The notes beneath the pieces are model-generated. The model was given only the letters and a program-made list of their open reading frames with translations, was not told the origin of the DNA and ran no database searches. DNA of 63,139 nucleotides, the filler included, from Parachlamydiales bacterium (lineage in GTDB: Bacteria; Chlamydiota; Chlamydiia; Chlamydiales; Parachlamydiaceae), in assembly GCA_020051075.1 (NCBI GenBank). It is 4 parts of 4 records of this genome, joined end to end, with 100 filler letters (N's around TTAATTAATTAA, not from the genome) between each part and the next. Parts side by side here need not be neighbours in the genome. Positions count along the whole stretch, not along the records: positions 28,318 to 53,216 come from JAGVJP010000101.1; positions 53,317 to 63,139 come from JAGVJP010000067.1; 2 more parts are not named here. One strand, 5' to 3'. Made by a program: the position numbers and the translations under genes. Shown in pieces: positions 49,395 through 59,632 of this stretch. Each line of letters opens with the position of its first letter. Position 1 is the first letter of the stretch.

Positions 49395-50362
49395 TTATGA
49401 CTAAATTTTATAAAAGAATCGCTTGCTTGTTTCCTGGACAGGGGGCACAATACGTTGGAATGGCTTCCGATTTTTGCAGCAACTTCTCTGCGGCTCGGCT
49501 CACCTTCGAAGAGGCCGACACCCTCCTTGACCGTCCTCTCTCTTCGGTCATCTTGAATGGACCTGAAGATTCTCTCACAGAAACACGAAATAGCCAGCCG
49601 GCGATTTATGTTGCCAGCATGGCGATCTTCAGAGTTATTCAAGAGCTATTTGAGATTAAACCTTACCTGTGTGCTGGATTGAGTTTAGGGGAATATACAG
49701 CTCTGACAGCAGGCGGATGGCTCTCTTTTCTTAAAACACTCCCTCTCGTTCAGATGAGGGGGGATTTTATGAATGAAGCATGTGAAGCGACCAAAGGGAC
49801 AATGGCTGTCGTGATGGGGTTGGAGGGGGAAAAAGTCGAAGAGATCGTCCACGCTCTCAATATGCCGCATGAATTATGGATTGCCAATTATAACTGCCCT
49901 GGGCAAGTTGTCATTTCAGGGACAGCCAAGGCTATCGATGCTGCAACAGCAGCGGCTAAAGCAGGGGGAGCTAAAAGAGTTCTTCCTCTTCAAGTTCATG
50001 GCGCTTTCCACAGCGGGTTAATGCATCTGGCAGAAAACAAGCTCTCTCCATATATCAAGAACGCTTTCTTCTTGCAAGGCGAATCAGCCTTGGTGATGAA
50101 TGTTCCCGGAGATTTTGTTTCTGATTTAACACAATTGCGTCACAATCTCACTAAGCAGGTGACGCATTCAGTCCGCTGGGAACAGGGGATCCGTCGAATG
50201 GAAGATGACCACGTTGACCTCTATGTTGAGATAGGACCAGGAACCACCTTGTCAGGAATGAATAAACGGATTGGCGTTAAAGCACCAACGGTTTCGATCG
50301 GGACTGTTAAAGATCTCGATCAGCTCTCAAAGATGATCAGAGAAGGAGATCATGCACGATGA
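49391..50362 (+). CDS. fabD: Malonyl-CoA:ACP transacylase
   Basis: FPGQGAQ, GLSLGEY, GAFHS. Confidence 0.97.
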   Translation: MIMTKFYKRIACLFPGQGAQYVGMASDFCSNFSAARLTFEEADTLLDRPLSSVILNGPEDSLTETRNSQPAIYVASMAIFRVIQELFEIKPYLCAGLSLGEYTALTAGGWLSFLKTLPLVQMRGDFMNEACEATKGTMAVVMGLEGEKVEEIVHALNMPHELWIANYNCPGQVVISGTAKAIDAATAAAKAGGAKRVLPLQVHGAFHSGLMHLAENKLSPYIKNAFFLQGESALVMNVPGDFVSDLTQLRHNLTKQVTHSVRWEQGIRRMEDDHVDLYVEIGPGTTLSGMNKRIGVKAPTVSIGTVKDLDQLSKMIREGDHAR

Positions 50363-51111
50363 ACGATCTTTTAAAAGGCCAAGTGGCGATTGTGACCGGG
50401 GGTAATGCTGGAATAGGAAAAGCAATCTCTCAAAAATTAGCCGCTGAAGGAGCTCGGCTTGTCATCTTAGGAACCAATCAAGAGACAGGCGATGCTGCAG
50501 CAGCAGAAATTCGACAGCTTCACCCTGCTTCAGAAGCAAAATTTTTTTCTGTCGATATCTCTAAAACCAACTCTGTTGACGAAATCATCAAAAATGTCGT
50601 TGAGACTTATGGCCAAGTCGATATCTTAGTCAACAATGCAGGAATCACTTCCGATCAGCTTTTGATGAAGATGAGTGAAGAGGAGTGGGATCGGGTGCTC
50701 GATATCAACCTCAAATCGTGCTATAATACATGCCGCGCTGTTGTCCGTTCTATGATGAAGGCCCGCAAAGGGAAAATCATAAATATCAGTTCTGTTGTAG
50801 GGTTGATGGGCAATGCCGGACAGGTCAACTATGCCGCTTCGAAGGCAGGGATGATCGGGTTCACAAAGGCTCTCGCCAAAGAACTCGCCGCACGTAATAT
50901 CCTTGTCAACTGCATTGCTCCGGGGTTTATCCAAACGCGTATGACCGATGCCTTAAATGAGGCGCAGAAAACGTCTATTCTCCAACAGATTCCTCTCGGT
51001 AAAATGGGGCAGGTCGACGACATCGCCAATACCGTCTGGTTTCTAGCGACTCCTTTATCCAATTATATTACAGGTCAAGTCATCACCGTTGACGGGGGAC
51101 TCGTGATGTGA
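50359..51111 (+). CDS. fabG: 3-oxoacyl-ACP reductase
   Basis: TGGNAGIG, NNAGIT, YAASK, VDGG. Confidence 0.96.
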   Translation: MNDLLKGQVAIVTGGNAGIGKAISQKLAAEGARLVILGTNQETGDAAAAEIRQLHPASEAKFFSVDISKTNSVDEIIKNVVETYGQVDILVNNAGITSDQLLMKMSEEEWDRVLDINLKSCYNTCRAVVRSMMKARKGKIINISSVVGLMGNAGQVNYAASKAGMIGFTKALAKELAARNILVNCIAPGFIQTRMTDALNEAQKTSILQQIPLGKMGQVDDIANTVWFLATPLSNYITGQVITVDGGLVM

Positions 51112-51303
51112 GCGGTTCTAAGCTGAAATCTTTTTTAACGCAAAGAGGCAAAGAAGACGCAAAGAGGACCGGGATGGAATTTTAAATGGTATGGTAACAG
51201 TTACCCGATGGCCTGTAATTTATATTTTAACTTATCTTATTTCATTGACAGGTTAAATGCTTTGTTTTTAATATAGTTTTTTTCTTTGTCGGAGCAGAGG
51301 CTT

Positions 51304-53049
51304 ATGTTTAATTCTGTCAATTTATCAGAGATTCAAAGATTTGCTTCTACAACTTTACCTGATTTTTTTCGAGTGACCATCCCCATTAAATTTCATGGTG
51401 CACGAGAGATCGTCTTTAGCAAATTTGCGAATGCTAAGCCACAACAACAAAAAATTACGATTGTCGCTTTGGTTATCCTAACAATAGGGATTGTTTACTT
51501 AACGGCTGCATTTATTTGGAGAACTTTCCATCAACAAGGATCGAGCTTGTTGCCAGTTCTTCCATTACCGCAATCAACTTCACCACAACCTGCAGTCAGT
51601 CGACCACTTCCGAATTCGAACGCGCCCACCACAAGTTCAGCAGGATCTGGATCAGGGGCCGCAATAAAGCCGCCAGAACCGCCGAAACCTGTTGAGAAAA
51701 CAACACCGCCTCCTCGTCCATTAGAGACATCAACTTCATCTCAACCTGCAGTCAGTCGATCACTTCCGAATTCGAGTACGCCCACCACAAGTCCAGCAGG
51801 ATCAGGACCAGGGGCCGCAGTAAAGCCGCCAGCACAACCGAAACCTGCTCAGGAAACAACACAGCCCTCTCGTCCATTAGAGACATCAACTTCATCTCAA
51901 CCTGCAGTCAGTCGACCACTTCCGAATTCGAGCGCGCCCACCACAAGTCCAGCAGGATCAGGACCAGGGGCCGCAGTAAAGCCGAAACCTGATCAGACAT
52001 CTTCGCCCCCTCTCCCACCAAAGCCTGATGTGAGTCAATTGGGATTATGGTTTACAGTAAAGCCGGAACAAGCATCATCGAAACCTGATCAGACATCACC
52101 ACCCCCTCTTCCACCCAAGCCTGCAGTGATTCCATTGGGGTCTACTGTAAATCCGGAACAAGCACCGCCGAAACCTGATCAGACATCACCGCCCCCTCTT
52201 CCACCACAGAGAATCAATTCCATTCCACCACAGCCTACGGACAGTCAAAACGAACTGGGATCGACCGTGCCTGGTTCAAATTCAACGACATCATTGCCAG
52301 AACTTATTCTAGACGGTGACAAACCTCTTGCTGAGGTTTTAGGCCTAACGATTTCTGAAGTCCCATTCGTGTATATAAAAAAACCCAAGAGGATTGCTAA
52401 ACTCACTAACAAAATAAGACTAAAGCCGAAAGCAGATAAAAAATCTCCAGAGCAGAAACTTTCTGATGCATTTGAATGCCTTGCTCATCGGATTTTAACA
52501 AAAACTTCTTTCAAAGACTTCGAGAAAGAGGGATTAGTCCGCATTTCTCCACAAAAAGATGAGAAGGCTCGTTTGAAGGGGGCTTTGATCAACAATCGAC
52601 TGTTAGAAATAGAATTCAATGAGATTGAATTGGAAATGGCCATAGCTATTCTTAAGGATATCACTAGAGAGATGAATTTGTTGGGGGGAGATTTGCATAG
52701 CCGCGTGATCGAGTTGGGAGACAATTTCCTAAAACTCGAGTTGGAAGACAATCTCCAAAAAGAGGAAAGTGAAATTATTAGACAATTGCAAAAATTAGTT
52801 GATGCGTTGCCGACTGATCCGATTGATACGAAAAACCATTTAAAATTATTTATCTCTATTCTTTATGGTGTAAGTTTATCCTCTGAAAAAAATAGGATGC
52901 CAATTCGAAATATCGCTATCTCGATTAACGACGCATTAAGTTCACTTGATCTTTCGTCGCCGTCATGTTTAGATGACATGGAAAAGGTCCAGAAGTTCAC
53001 AGCAATGTTGATCACCTACTATCGTCAAGTCTTTCTTGAACAAAGTTAA
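51304..53049 (+). CDS. Membrane-anchored proline-rich protein with C-terminal RhoGAP-like domain (candidate effector)
   Basis: TM helix; 52-aa repeats; PPLPPKP motifs; EGLVRIS (Arg finger-like), ILKDITRE, SEKNRMPIRNIAI resembling RhoGAP blocks. Confidence 0.75.
   Translation: MFNSVNLSEIQRFASTTLPDFFRVTIPIKFHGAREIVFSKFANAKPQQQKITIVALVILTIGIVYLTAAFIWRTFHQQGSSLLPVLPLPQSTSPQPAVSRPLPNSNAPTTSSAGSGSGAAIKPPEPPKPVEKTTPPPRPLETSTSSQPAVSRSLPNSSTPTTSPAGSGPGAAVKPPAQPKPAQETTQPSRPLETSTSSQPAVSRPLPNSSAPTTSPAGSGPGAAVKPKPDQTSSPPLPPKPDVSQLGLWFTVKPEQASSKPDQTSPPPLPPKPAVIPLGSTVNPEQAPPKPDQTSPPPLPPQRINSIPPQPTDSQNELGSTVPGSNSTTSLPELILDGDKPLAEVLGLTISEVPFVYIKKPKRIAKLTNKIRLKPKADKKSPEQKLSDAFECLAHRILTKTSFKDFEKEGLVRISPQKDEKARLKGALINNRLLEIEFNEIELEMAIAILKDITREMNLLGGDLHSRVIELGDNFLKLELEDNLQKEESEIIRQLQKLVDALPTDPIDTKNHLKLFISILYGVSLSSEKNRMPIRNIAISINDALSSLDLSSPSCLDDMEKVQKFTAMLITYYRQVFLEQS
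51574..52207 (+). repeat. Intragenic tandem repeats
   Basis: 156-nt units starting 51574, 51730, 51886; three AAACCTGATCAGACATC units near 51985, 52081, 52171. Confidence 0.9.
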
Positions 53050-53153
53050 ATAAGCAAAAGTCTAAATAGGGCCTGAACCTGCTTGAGCTTAGCTATCACA
53101 CCCCCAACCAACTTTTTTAAGCGCACAGGTTCTGATCAACATCCTTTGGCGGA

Positions 53154-53191
53154 AAAGCGAAAGGGGGCTTTCGCACTCCAAACGCTTCGCG
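53154..53191. repeat. Family B REP-like hairpin
   Basis: AAAGCGAAAG-GGGG-CTTTCGCACTCCAAACGCTTCGCG near the contig end. Confidence 0.8.
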
Positions 53192-53216
53192 TATCCAACA
53201 AATCGTCTTGAATACG

Positions 53217-53316
53217 NNNNNNNNNNNNNNNNNNNNNNNNNNNNNNNNNNNNNNNNNNNNTTAATTAATTAANNNNNNNNNNNNNNNNNNNNNNNNNNNN
53301 NNNNNNNNNNNNNNNN
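53217..53316. other. Artificial contig spacer
   Basis: N-run + TTAATTAATTAA + N-run. Confidence 0.99.
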
Positions 53317-53363
53317 AAAGGGGAGGCGTGAATAGTGAACTTAAAGTTTAACCAAGGAAAAAT

Positions 53364-53741
53364 ATGAAAGCCAAGTTTTATACATTTTTATCCATTTTCT
53401 TTTCAGCATTATCCGGTAATGTCTTTGCCGAAGGGGAAGAGAGTGTTCCCATGCCTCCAGATCAGAGTATTTGGCAAACGGTTGTCATGATAGGCATCGC
53501 TTTTCTCTTTTTTTATATCATTCTATGGAGACCGGAACAAAAGAGACGGAAAGCTCTTGAAGAGCAGCGGAGTTCCTTGAAAAAAGGGGATCGTGTTGCT
53601 GCAATGGGGATTATCGGTACCGTTGTTAACGTAGGTGAACAAACTGTGATTTTAAAAATGTATGACGGCGCTAAGTTGGAATTTTATAAGGCTGCCATCT
53701 CAGATATCTTGCCAGAAGGTGAAGAGGCCAAAAAAGAGTGA
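53364..53741 (+). CDS. yajC: Preprotein translocase subunit YajC
   Basis: FFYIILWRPEQKRRK, LKKGDRV..GIIGTV. Confidence 0.93.
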   Translation: MKAKFYTFLSIFFSALSGNVFAEGEESVPMPPDQSIWQTVVMIGIAFLFFYIILWRPEQKRRKALEEQRSSLKKGDRVAAMGIIGTVVNVGEQTVILKMYDGAKLEFYKAAISDILPEGEEAKKE

Positions 53742-53745
53742 CAGA

Positions 53746-54001
53746 AACAGAATAGGCAAAAGGACAAAACAAGATAGGCAGGATCGCTTCGCGGCAGGAT
53801 AGGCAGGATAATGATGCAATCTTATCTCCCATTCTCCCTATCTTCCCCATCCTGTCAATTTTACAAGATGGGAAGGATAGGAAAGATAATGATGTTCACT
53901 TGAATGCTTCTATTATCTTGCCTATCCTGCCGCTTGCGATCCTGCCTATCCTGTTTTGCCCTTTTGCCTATCGTGTTTTGTTCCTTTTGCCTATCCTGTT
54001 A
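53746..54001. repeat. Family A palindromic element with nested inner palindrome
   Basis: Outer arms with CGCTTCGCG/CGCTTGCG core; inner CCCATCCTGT..ACAAGATGGG. Confidence 0.88.
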
Positions 54002-54018
54002 CGGCTTGCGCAGAGGGG

Positions 54019-56271
54019 TTATTTAGACTGTGTTGGAAAGTAATGAGAGATTTCTTTATCTTTAATCTGGTCTAGGAAGTCATTTGCCTCAGCAGTATAC
54101 AAGTCATTGATCGCTGAAAGCCTTGAGCTCTTCACCTCACCGAAAGGTGCACCATCTTCTGATTCGTGAATTCCTAAATCTAAGTGGCGGTTGAGGAATT
54201 CTACGACGTCTTTAGGATAATATTTTATATTCCCCTTTGCTAAGGTAGATTTGATCGTCTCAATCGCATTGATATTGTTGTTGTTTTGATCTTTTCCTCC
54301 AGAATGAGGAGAGAGGGCACGATCAAAATCTCTAAGTTTTAAATCATTAATCAGCGCTTCTACCGCTTTGCTACTTTCTTTGACTCTCTTATTAAAATTG
54401 TCTCGCTTTGCTGTGATGGTTGCATACTTGTCGTTATTTCTTTCAACTCTGCCCCTGTGAATCACTTTTTCATCCAAAGCGGTTCTTAAGGATATGAATA
54501 TTTTTTTAGATGCAAAGTAAACGTTATTGATCGATTTTGAAAGTTGTAGTCCTTTCAGTAATATTTCATAATACAAACCGTCGAGACTGAACTCATTAGG
54601 CTTGTAGAAGCGAGAGAAAGAGAACTTGATGACAGCTAAAAGTATATTTACGACTTGAAAAGTCATGTCTGCAATAAATGAAAAGAATGACATGGCTGGA
54701 GCGAGGTAAGATTTCTTTATCAAATCCGATAGAATGAGTTCAATGATATTTTTAAATTGTTTAGTGAAGCCAACAAAACTCAAATAGCTCGCGACGAATT
54801 GAGCCGTCTTTGTTAATATAATCGCGAACGATTCAAATATCGCATAAAAAAAGAAAGGTCTCTCAAGTTGATGTTTAACGAGCAGGGTTTGCCTTACAGC
54901 CAGCTGTAATGAATGAGCTTCTGCTTCGATCGTTGAAAGCTTTGCTTTAGCCATTTCTTTGATGAGATCATCATTTGGTGTTGTTTCAAACCATTCGTCT
55001 ATATCAACTATTGGATCTTCTAATTTGGATAGATCTATTTGTATATCATTAAAGTGTTTGACTATTGATTCGAAATCATTATATTTTTGACATTCTTGAA
55101 TTTCTTTTAAAATTTCAATTTGCAGTAAATTTAATTTTTCTTGATGCTCTTGATGTCTTTTTTCTAATAGAGTATTGACATACTCTCCATTCACATAGGG
55201 TTTTTTTCCTGGTTGGTTACTGAGGTGATATTGGAAAGTACGAGAAAAGAAGGAATTTTTTCGCATTCCATACTCATACTTCTCTATCAGCAAGTTTTGA
55301 TATCGCTTGGTCTTGAGTAAGTATTGAAACTGCTTAATATCAGTTGGAATAACGAGGTCGATTCCAGCAGCTTTCATCTCTTTCTTAACGCTCGCGATGT
55401 TTTTACACCGTTGCAGTTTTTTCAGAAATTTTCCAGCTTCATTCGATTCCGAAGAGGCTTTTCCACTTTTATCAATAACGATATCAGTCGTTAGAGAAGA
55501 AGTGTATTCGTGTTGCTTGTTAATTTTAGATATTGTTATGTATAATTTGATAAGTTCTTTCAAAGAAGAAACAAATAACTTGTAGATAGGTTTGGCCAGA
55601 CCGTCTTCTAAAATTTTTGCTGCTACTACAATACTATAGGTGAAATATGGAACAGCTTTCACGAAAATTTGAATGATTTTTTTTGTTATCTTCTCTTTGT
55701 TTTTTAATGCTAATAACTGCAGTTGATTAATATTTTCTCTTGCAATTTTGTAAGATTCTTTTCTATCGGGCAATAATGTGACGGAGCGCGTTGAATAAAG
55801 ATTTGGATGTTGGTTATGAATTTGCTGTATATTTCTCTGAAGATCAGAGTTGATTCCTCTAAGCCTAAAGAGCAGGGCGACTCTTAAGATTGGGCTGATA
55901 AAAGTTAATGCATATTCAAGTTGCTCCGCCGCTGATGTTAGGGTTTCTGAGATGCGAGCTGTTAAATTACTGTTGGATTCAACCCATTTGATTGCCTTAA
56001 CGAAATTTTCAAAGCAATTCAAAAATGCAATTGTCGGACGAGACCGATCAGAGTATCGATCTTTCACGAGTTTGATTTTTTTTGAAATAGAAGAATGAAC
56101 CGATTCTTTTTTGTTTGATTTCTTTAATCGACTGACTTTTATATCTGTTTTATACGTGGTTGCATAGTTTTTTCTTGTTGTGGGTAATTTTGTGTAAACT
56201 GGATTGAGCTTAGCATAAGGGGGATTGTGTTGAACTCCTCCGCGAAAATGATTTGATATCTTACTAGACAT
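54019..56271 (-). CDS. Hypothetical helical membrane-associated protein (paralogue 1)
   Basis: Shares HLSNxPxxxPYxNGxY, KHxxERxF, YKPNE, FLNRHLDL with 56538-58913. Confidence 0.8.
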   Translation of the reverse strand: MSSKISNHFRGGVQHNPPYAKLNPVYTKLPTTRKNYATTYKTDIKVSRLKKSNKKESVHSSISKKIKLVKDRYSDRSRPTIAFLNCFENFVKAIKWVESNSNLTARISETLTSAAEQLEYALTFISPILRVALLFRLRGINSDLQRNIQQIHNQHPNLYSTRSVTLLPDRKESYKIARENINQLQLLALKNKEKITKKIIQIFVKAVPYFTYSIVVAAKILEDGLAKPIYKLFVSSLKELIKLYITISKINKQHEYTSSLTTDIVIDKSGKASSESNEAGKFLKKLQRCKNIASVKKEMKAAGIDLVIPTDIKQFQYLLKTKRYQNLLIEKYEYGMRKNSFFSRTFQYHLSNQPGKKPYVNGEYVNTLLEKRHQEHQEKLNLLQIEILKEIQECQKYNDFESIVKHFNDIQIDLSKLEDPIVDIDEWFETTPNDDLIKEMAKAKLSTIEAEAHSLQLAVRQTLLVKHQLERPFFFYAIFESFAIILTKTAQFVASYLSFVGFTKQFKNIIELILSDLIKKSYLAPAMSFFSFIADMTFQVVNILLAVIKFSFSRFYKPNEFSLDGLYYEILLKGLQLSKSINNVYFASKKIFISLRTALDEKVIHRGRVERNNDKYATITAKRDNFNKRVKESSKAVEALINDLKLRDFDRALSPHSGGKDQNNNNINAIETIKSTLAKGNIKYYPKDVVEFLNRHLDLGIHESEDGAPFGEVKSSRLSAINDLYTAEANDFLDQIKDKEISHYFPTQSK

Positions 56272-56537
56272 GACTTATATAATAGTTAAATTATTTGTTT
56301 ACATCTATTATTATACAGTATTTATTAATAATAATCAGCAAATAAATGTTAAAATAATTGTAAAGTTAGAAATTAGTAGTAAATAAAGATGATTGAAGTA
56401 GTCTAAATAGACAGTTATGGACTATATGGATGAAAATTAGCCTGATGCGTATGGGATGGGGAGGATAAGAAAGATAAGGCAGGGATAGTGTGTTACTCAG
56501 GGATTAATAAATTCTTCATGCAATTGCCCTGAAGAGC

Positions 56538-58913
56538 TTAGTGACTGATGAATGGGTGGAGAGCTTGATTTTCTTGGTGTACTCTGATAAATGTTTCCCC
56601 TTCAGAGGTGAATAGTTCTTTGACTTTGTCGGCTATTTTCACTTGTGTGCGCGTCGTGCTGCCATCTTGCCGTATTGCTAAATCTAAATGACGATTAAGA
56701 AAATCCTGGACTTCTTGTTGATAATATTGAAAATCTTCTTTATCGAGAGTCGAGATGATCGTTTTGATTGCGTCTAGACTTTCTCCCTCTATGTTCTTAC
56801 CTTTACTGTTTGGGTTTAACATGAAGTCAACATCTTGTGTTTGTAGGGTCTGATAAGCCTCATCTAAGGGATTCTTTTTTTCTCTGAAATCTGTCTTGCT
56901 CTGTTGCCAATCTGTTTCGATCTCGTCATATCGGGGGTCATTCGCCTGAATTTCCATCTTCATGATTCGAGCTTCGATCAAGTTGATGTCTACCCAGAGA
57001 AAAGTTTTTTGGAAAAAGAGCATAGCCAAATAGAAATAGTGGATGGCGGTTAACACGCCTATTTTTAAGCCAAGTTTGTAACCTTCAGCACTATATTCAT
57101 TAGGTTTATATTGTTTAGAGAAAATATGTTTTGCTATAGCTAGGAAAATAGCAAGAACTTTAATGCTAGTCTTAGGAAAAAGAACAAATATTAGGCCAAT
57201 GTTCGGGAGATTAATCAAGTTTTTAGAAAAAGACTTGATCAAAGTTTCAGAAAAGAAGGACTTAATTTTTTGAGAAAAAACGCAAGAAATCTCTATGCCT
57301 CCAAAAAGAGCGCTTATTGTTGACGTCAACACAGTGAACTTAAGAAAATCTCTTTCTTCTGGATGCTTACTCAATAAAGTGGCTCTTATTGCATGGACGA
57401 CGCTACTGGCTTTTGTTTCAATTGCTGATAATCGGGATTTTGCAAGTCGTTCCATTAACTGATCGTCATTTTTCGCTAGGAGTAATAGATCTCGGTTAGT
57501 CACCGGTTGGTTATTCACCTGTATGTCATCAAGATCAATGGAGAGTGCTTTGAAATACGTTTTAATAGGTTCAAAGCTCTGAGTGTTGGCAGTAGCGTCG
57601 ATTTTATTTTTGATATCTTGTTTCATCGAAGCGATTTTGGTCTCAACTTCTATTTGCCGTCTTCTAAGTAATTGTTCAATGTATTGGCCATTAGCGTAGG
57701 GACGGGCGATGGGTGTGTTGCTCAGATGAGGTTGAGAGAGGCGAGTAAAAGGAGATTTTCTTTGAAGAGAGTATAGATAACGGTTGCTGATGTCGTTTTG
57801 ATATCGAGCGTTGTGTTCCATCAAAAATCGGAATTGTTCAAATTGCTCTGGGAGAATTTCTTCGTTGATGTCTGCGGATTTAAATTCGTCTTTAACTTCT
57901 TGGAAGTTTTGGCATTTTTTAAGTCTATCCAAAAACTTTGACACAGCATCAGTTTGAGAAAGGTCTTGGATAGGGTTTAAGCTGTAAATCAGCTCTTTTT
58001 GTTTGGTTAACAATGAACGAGAAACGTAGATCTGATTGAGACTCTTCACGATTTCAATCAGTGGTTTCTTTGCTCCTTTAGCAAGAGGAGTCAATTTGAT
58101 GACAAAAGCTAGGATCACATTAGGAAGTTCCTTGATGAGAAATTGACCTATCGACTGATGGAATCCTTTCCTATCAACAGCTTGTCTTCTTTGGACGTAA
58201 ACCCAGTCTGCTTGGGCAGATATTCTCTCAGGTTGGAGAGCGGTGGAAGCAGCCGTTTCTGATTGGGGAATTGCTTGATTGCTAAAAGTTTGTGCAATGG
58301 AGCTGTTATCAAGCTTTGATTTGAATGTGGAGTTTTTTATGAAGAAAGAAATATGAGTAGCAGCTTTGATGATTGGAGGGATGAGGGCATAGGCTGCATA
58401 GGTAAAATGATTCATCTCAACAATGGAAGAGATGAACGGAATGTTTTTCTTACACCGATGAAGATAACTGAAAATATTAGAAACAAGTTTAGCCAGACCT
58501 TTAGCGTTCTCCACACCCTCGGCATATTCCTTTTGGGCAGCTTTGATCTCATCAAGAAGTGAATTGTGAGGAGCAGGTTGAAGTAGAGGCGAGGATTCAG
58601 TGGATGAAAGGGGGAGCTGAGCAGCAAGACTATCGCCGAATACCCGGCCTCGTTCATACAGAATTGATGTTATGGGCGGAAGAGTTTCGGGTGATGCCTC
58701 TTCGCCAACTCCGTTGCCTCCGTCTCCGCCGTTGCCTCCTCCTCCCGAACCAATGACAGTGACTTCAAAAATAGGTTTTTGAGGACCATGTAAGATGGCA
58801 TCGATGAGGGCTTGTGCTTCAATCGTTATGTTTTTTTTGAGGCTGGGGGGAGCAATGCTTTGTTCACCATGAGTCCGATGAAAGGGAGAAGATATGTTAG
58901 CAAGAGTCAGCAT
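56538..58913 (-). CDS. Hypothetical helical membrane-associated protein (paralogue 2)
   Basis: Same shared motifs; low-complexity Gly/Ser/Pro N-terminus. Confidence 0.8.
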   Translation of the reverse strand: MLTLANISSPFHRTHGEQSIAPPSLKKNITIEAQALIDAILHGPQKPIFEVTVIGSGGGGNGGDGGNGVGEEASPETLPPITSILYERGRVFGDSLAAQLPLSSTESSPLLQPAPHNSLLDEIKAAQKEYAEGVENAKGLAKLVSNIFSYLHRCKKNIPFISSIVEMNHFTYAAYALIPPIIKAATHISFFIKNSTFKSKLDNSSIAQTFSNQAIPQSETAASTALQPERISAQADWVYVQRRQAVDRKGFHQSIGQFLIKELPNVILAFVIKLTPLAKGAKKPLIEIVKSLNQIYVSRSLLTKQKELIYSLNPIQDLSQTDAVSKFLDRLKKCQNFQEVKDEFKSADINEEILPEQFEQFRFLMEHNARYQNDISNRYLYSLQRKSPFTRLSQPHLSNTPIARPYANGQYIEQLLRRRQIEVETKIASMKQDIKNKIDATANTQSFEPIKTYFKALSIDLDDIQVNNQPVTNRDLLLLAKNDDQLMERLAKSRLSAIETKASSVVHAIRATLLSKHPEERDFLKFTVLTSTISALFGGIEISCVFSQKIKSFFSETLIKSFSKNLINLPNIGLIFVLFPKTSIKVLAIFLAIAKHIFSKQYKPNEYSAEGYKLGLKIGVLTAIHYFYLAMLFFQKTFLWVDINLIEARIMKMEIQANDPRYDEIETDWQQSKTDFREKKNPLDEAYQTLQTQDVDFMLNPNSKGKNIEGESLDAIKTIISTLDKEDFQYYQQEVQDFLNRHLDLAIRQDGSTTRTQVKIADKVKELFTSEGETFIRVHQENQALHPFISH

Positions 58914-59074
58914 TCCATTTTCCTAATAGTTCAAAATTTATGATCTTACTCGCCTCAGTGTGAGAGATCATTGGTCTGATTTTGAAGAATGGGCCATTTC
59001 AGCTTAGGATATCGGAAATCAGTATTTTTGAATAGAGAAAACAGCAGGAAGGGAAAAAACCATTGCAAATCAGC

Positions 59075-59617
59075 TTATGAAGGATGGGAAGATGATTTGA
59101 ATTTACTGACAATTTCGCTGAGTAAGTCATTAAAAGTTGAAGATCCTTTCGCGATAGATTCGATGGTGTCGGAGAAGAGCATGAGGTTTAGGGTGAGGGC
59201 GTTTAAGAGTGTGATGATTGAGATTTTATCGAGATGAAACGGGGATGTTAGCCATACATAGCGGTATATCACACGCCCTTCAAGTTCATCGAGTCCAAAC
59301 CCTGGTAAATCAATGGATTGATTAAGAAAATGTAGAAGCGAAGAGGTGTCGTTGAGTGAAGAATTTTTCACTTTAAAGGGAAGAATGAGACGGAATTGAA
59401 TCTTGCTAGGGAGGGGTTGGTCTGCGGAAGCGGCAAATTTAGGAAGAACAGGAAGCGCATGTTCGGTGACTTCGACCTTTAATTCTCTTTTGTTTTGATC
59501 GACTCCAAGTGAGACGAGGAGTCTTTCGTAAGGAATTTTATCTGTAGCAGAGACGTGGAGGAACGGGTATTCCTCTTCTTCTAATAGCGTCTGAATTTGT
59601 GCCAAGAGTGGGAGCAT
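59075..59617 (-). CDS. Putative class I type III secretion chaperone (CesT/YbjN-like)
   Basis: Small acidic protein; LPF..LLHFLNQSIDLPGFGLDE..VIYRY pattern; lies among effector-like genes. Confidence 0.6.
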   Translation of the reverse strand: MLPLLAQIQTLLEEEEYPFLHVSATDKIPYERLLVSLGVDQNKRELKVEVTEHALPVLPKFAASADQPLPSKIQFRLILPFKVKNSSLNDTSSLLHFLNQSIDLPGFGLDELEGRVIYRYVWLTSPFHLDKISIITLLNALTLNLMLFSDTIESIAKGSSTFNDLLSEIVSKFKSSSHPS

Positions 59618-59632
59618 TGTTGTGTCTGTCTG

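Noticed and set aside
53070..53134. GAACCTG...CAGGTTC mini inverted repeat after the RhoGAP-like gene
   Set aside because: Only a 7-bp match, single copy, no TSD; could be chance or a terminator.
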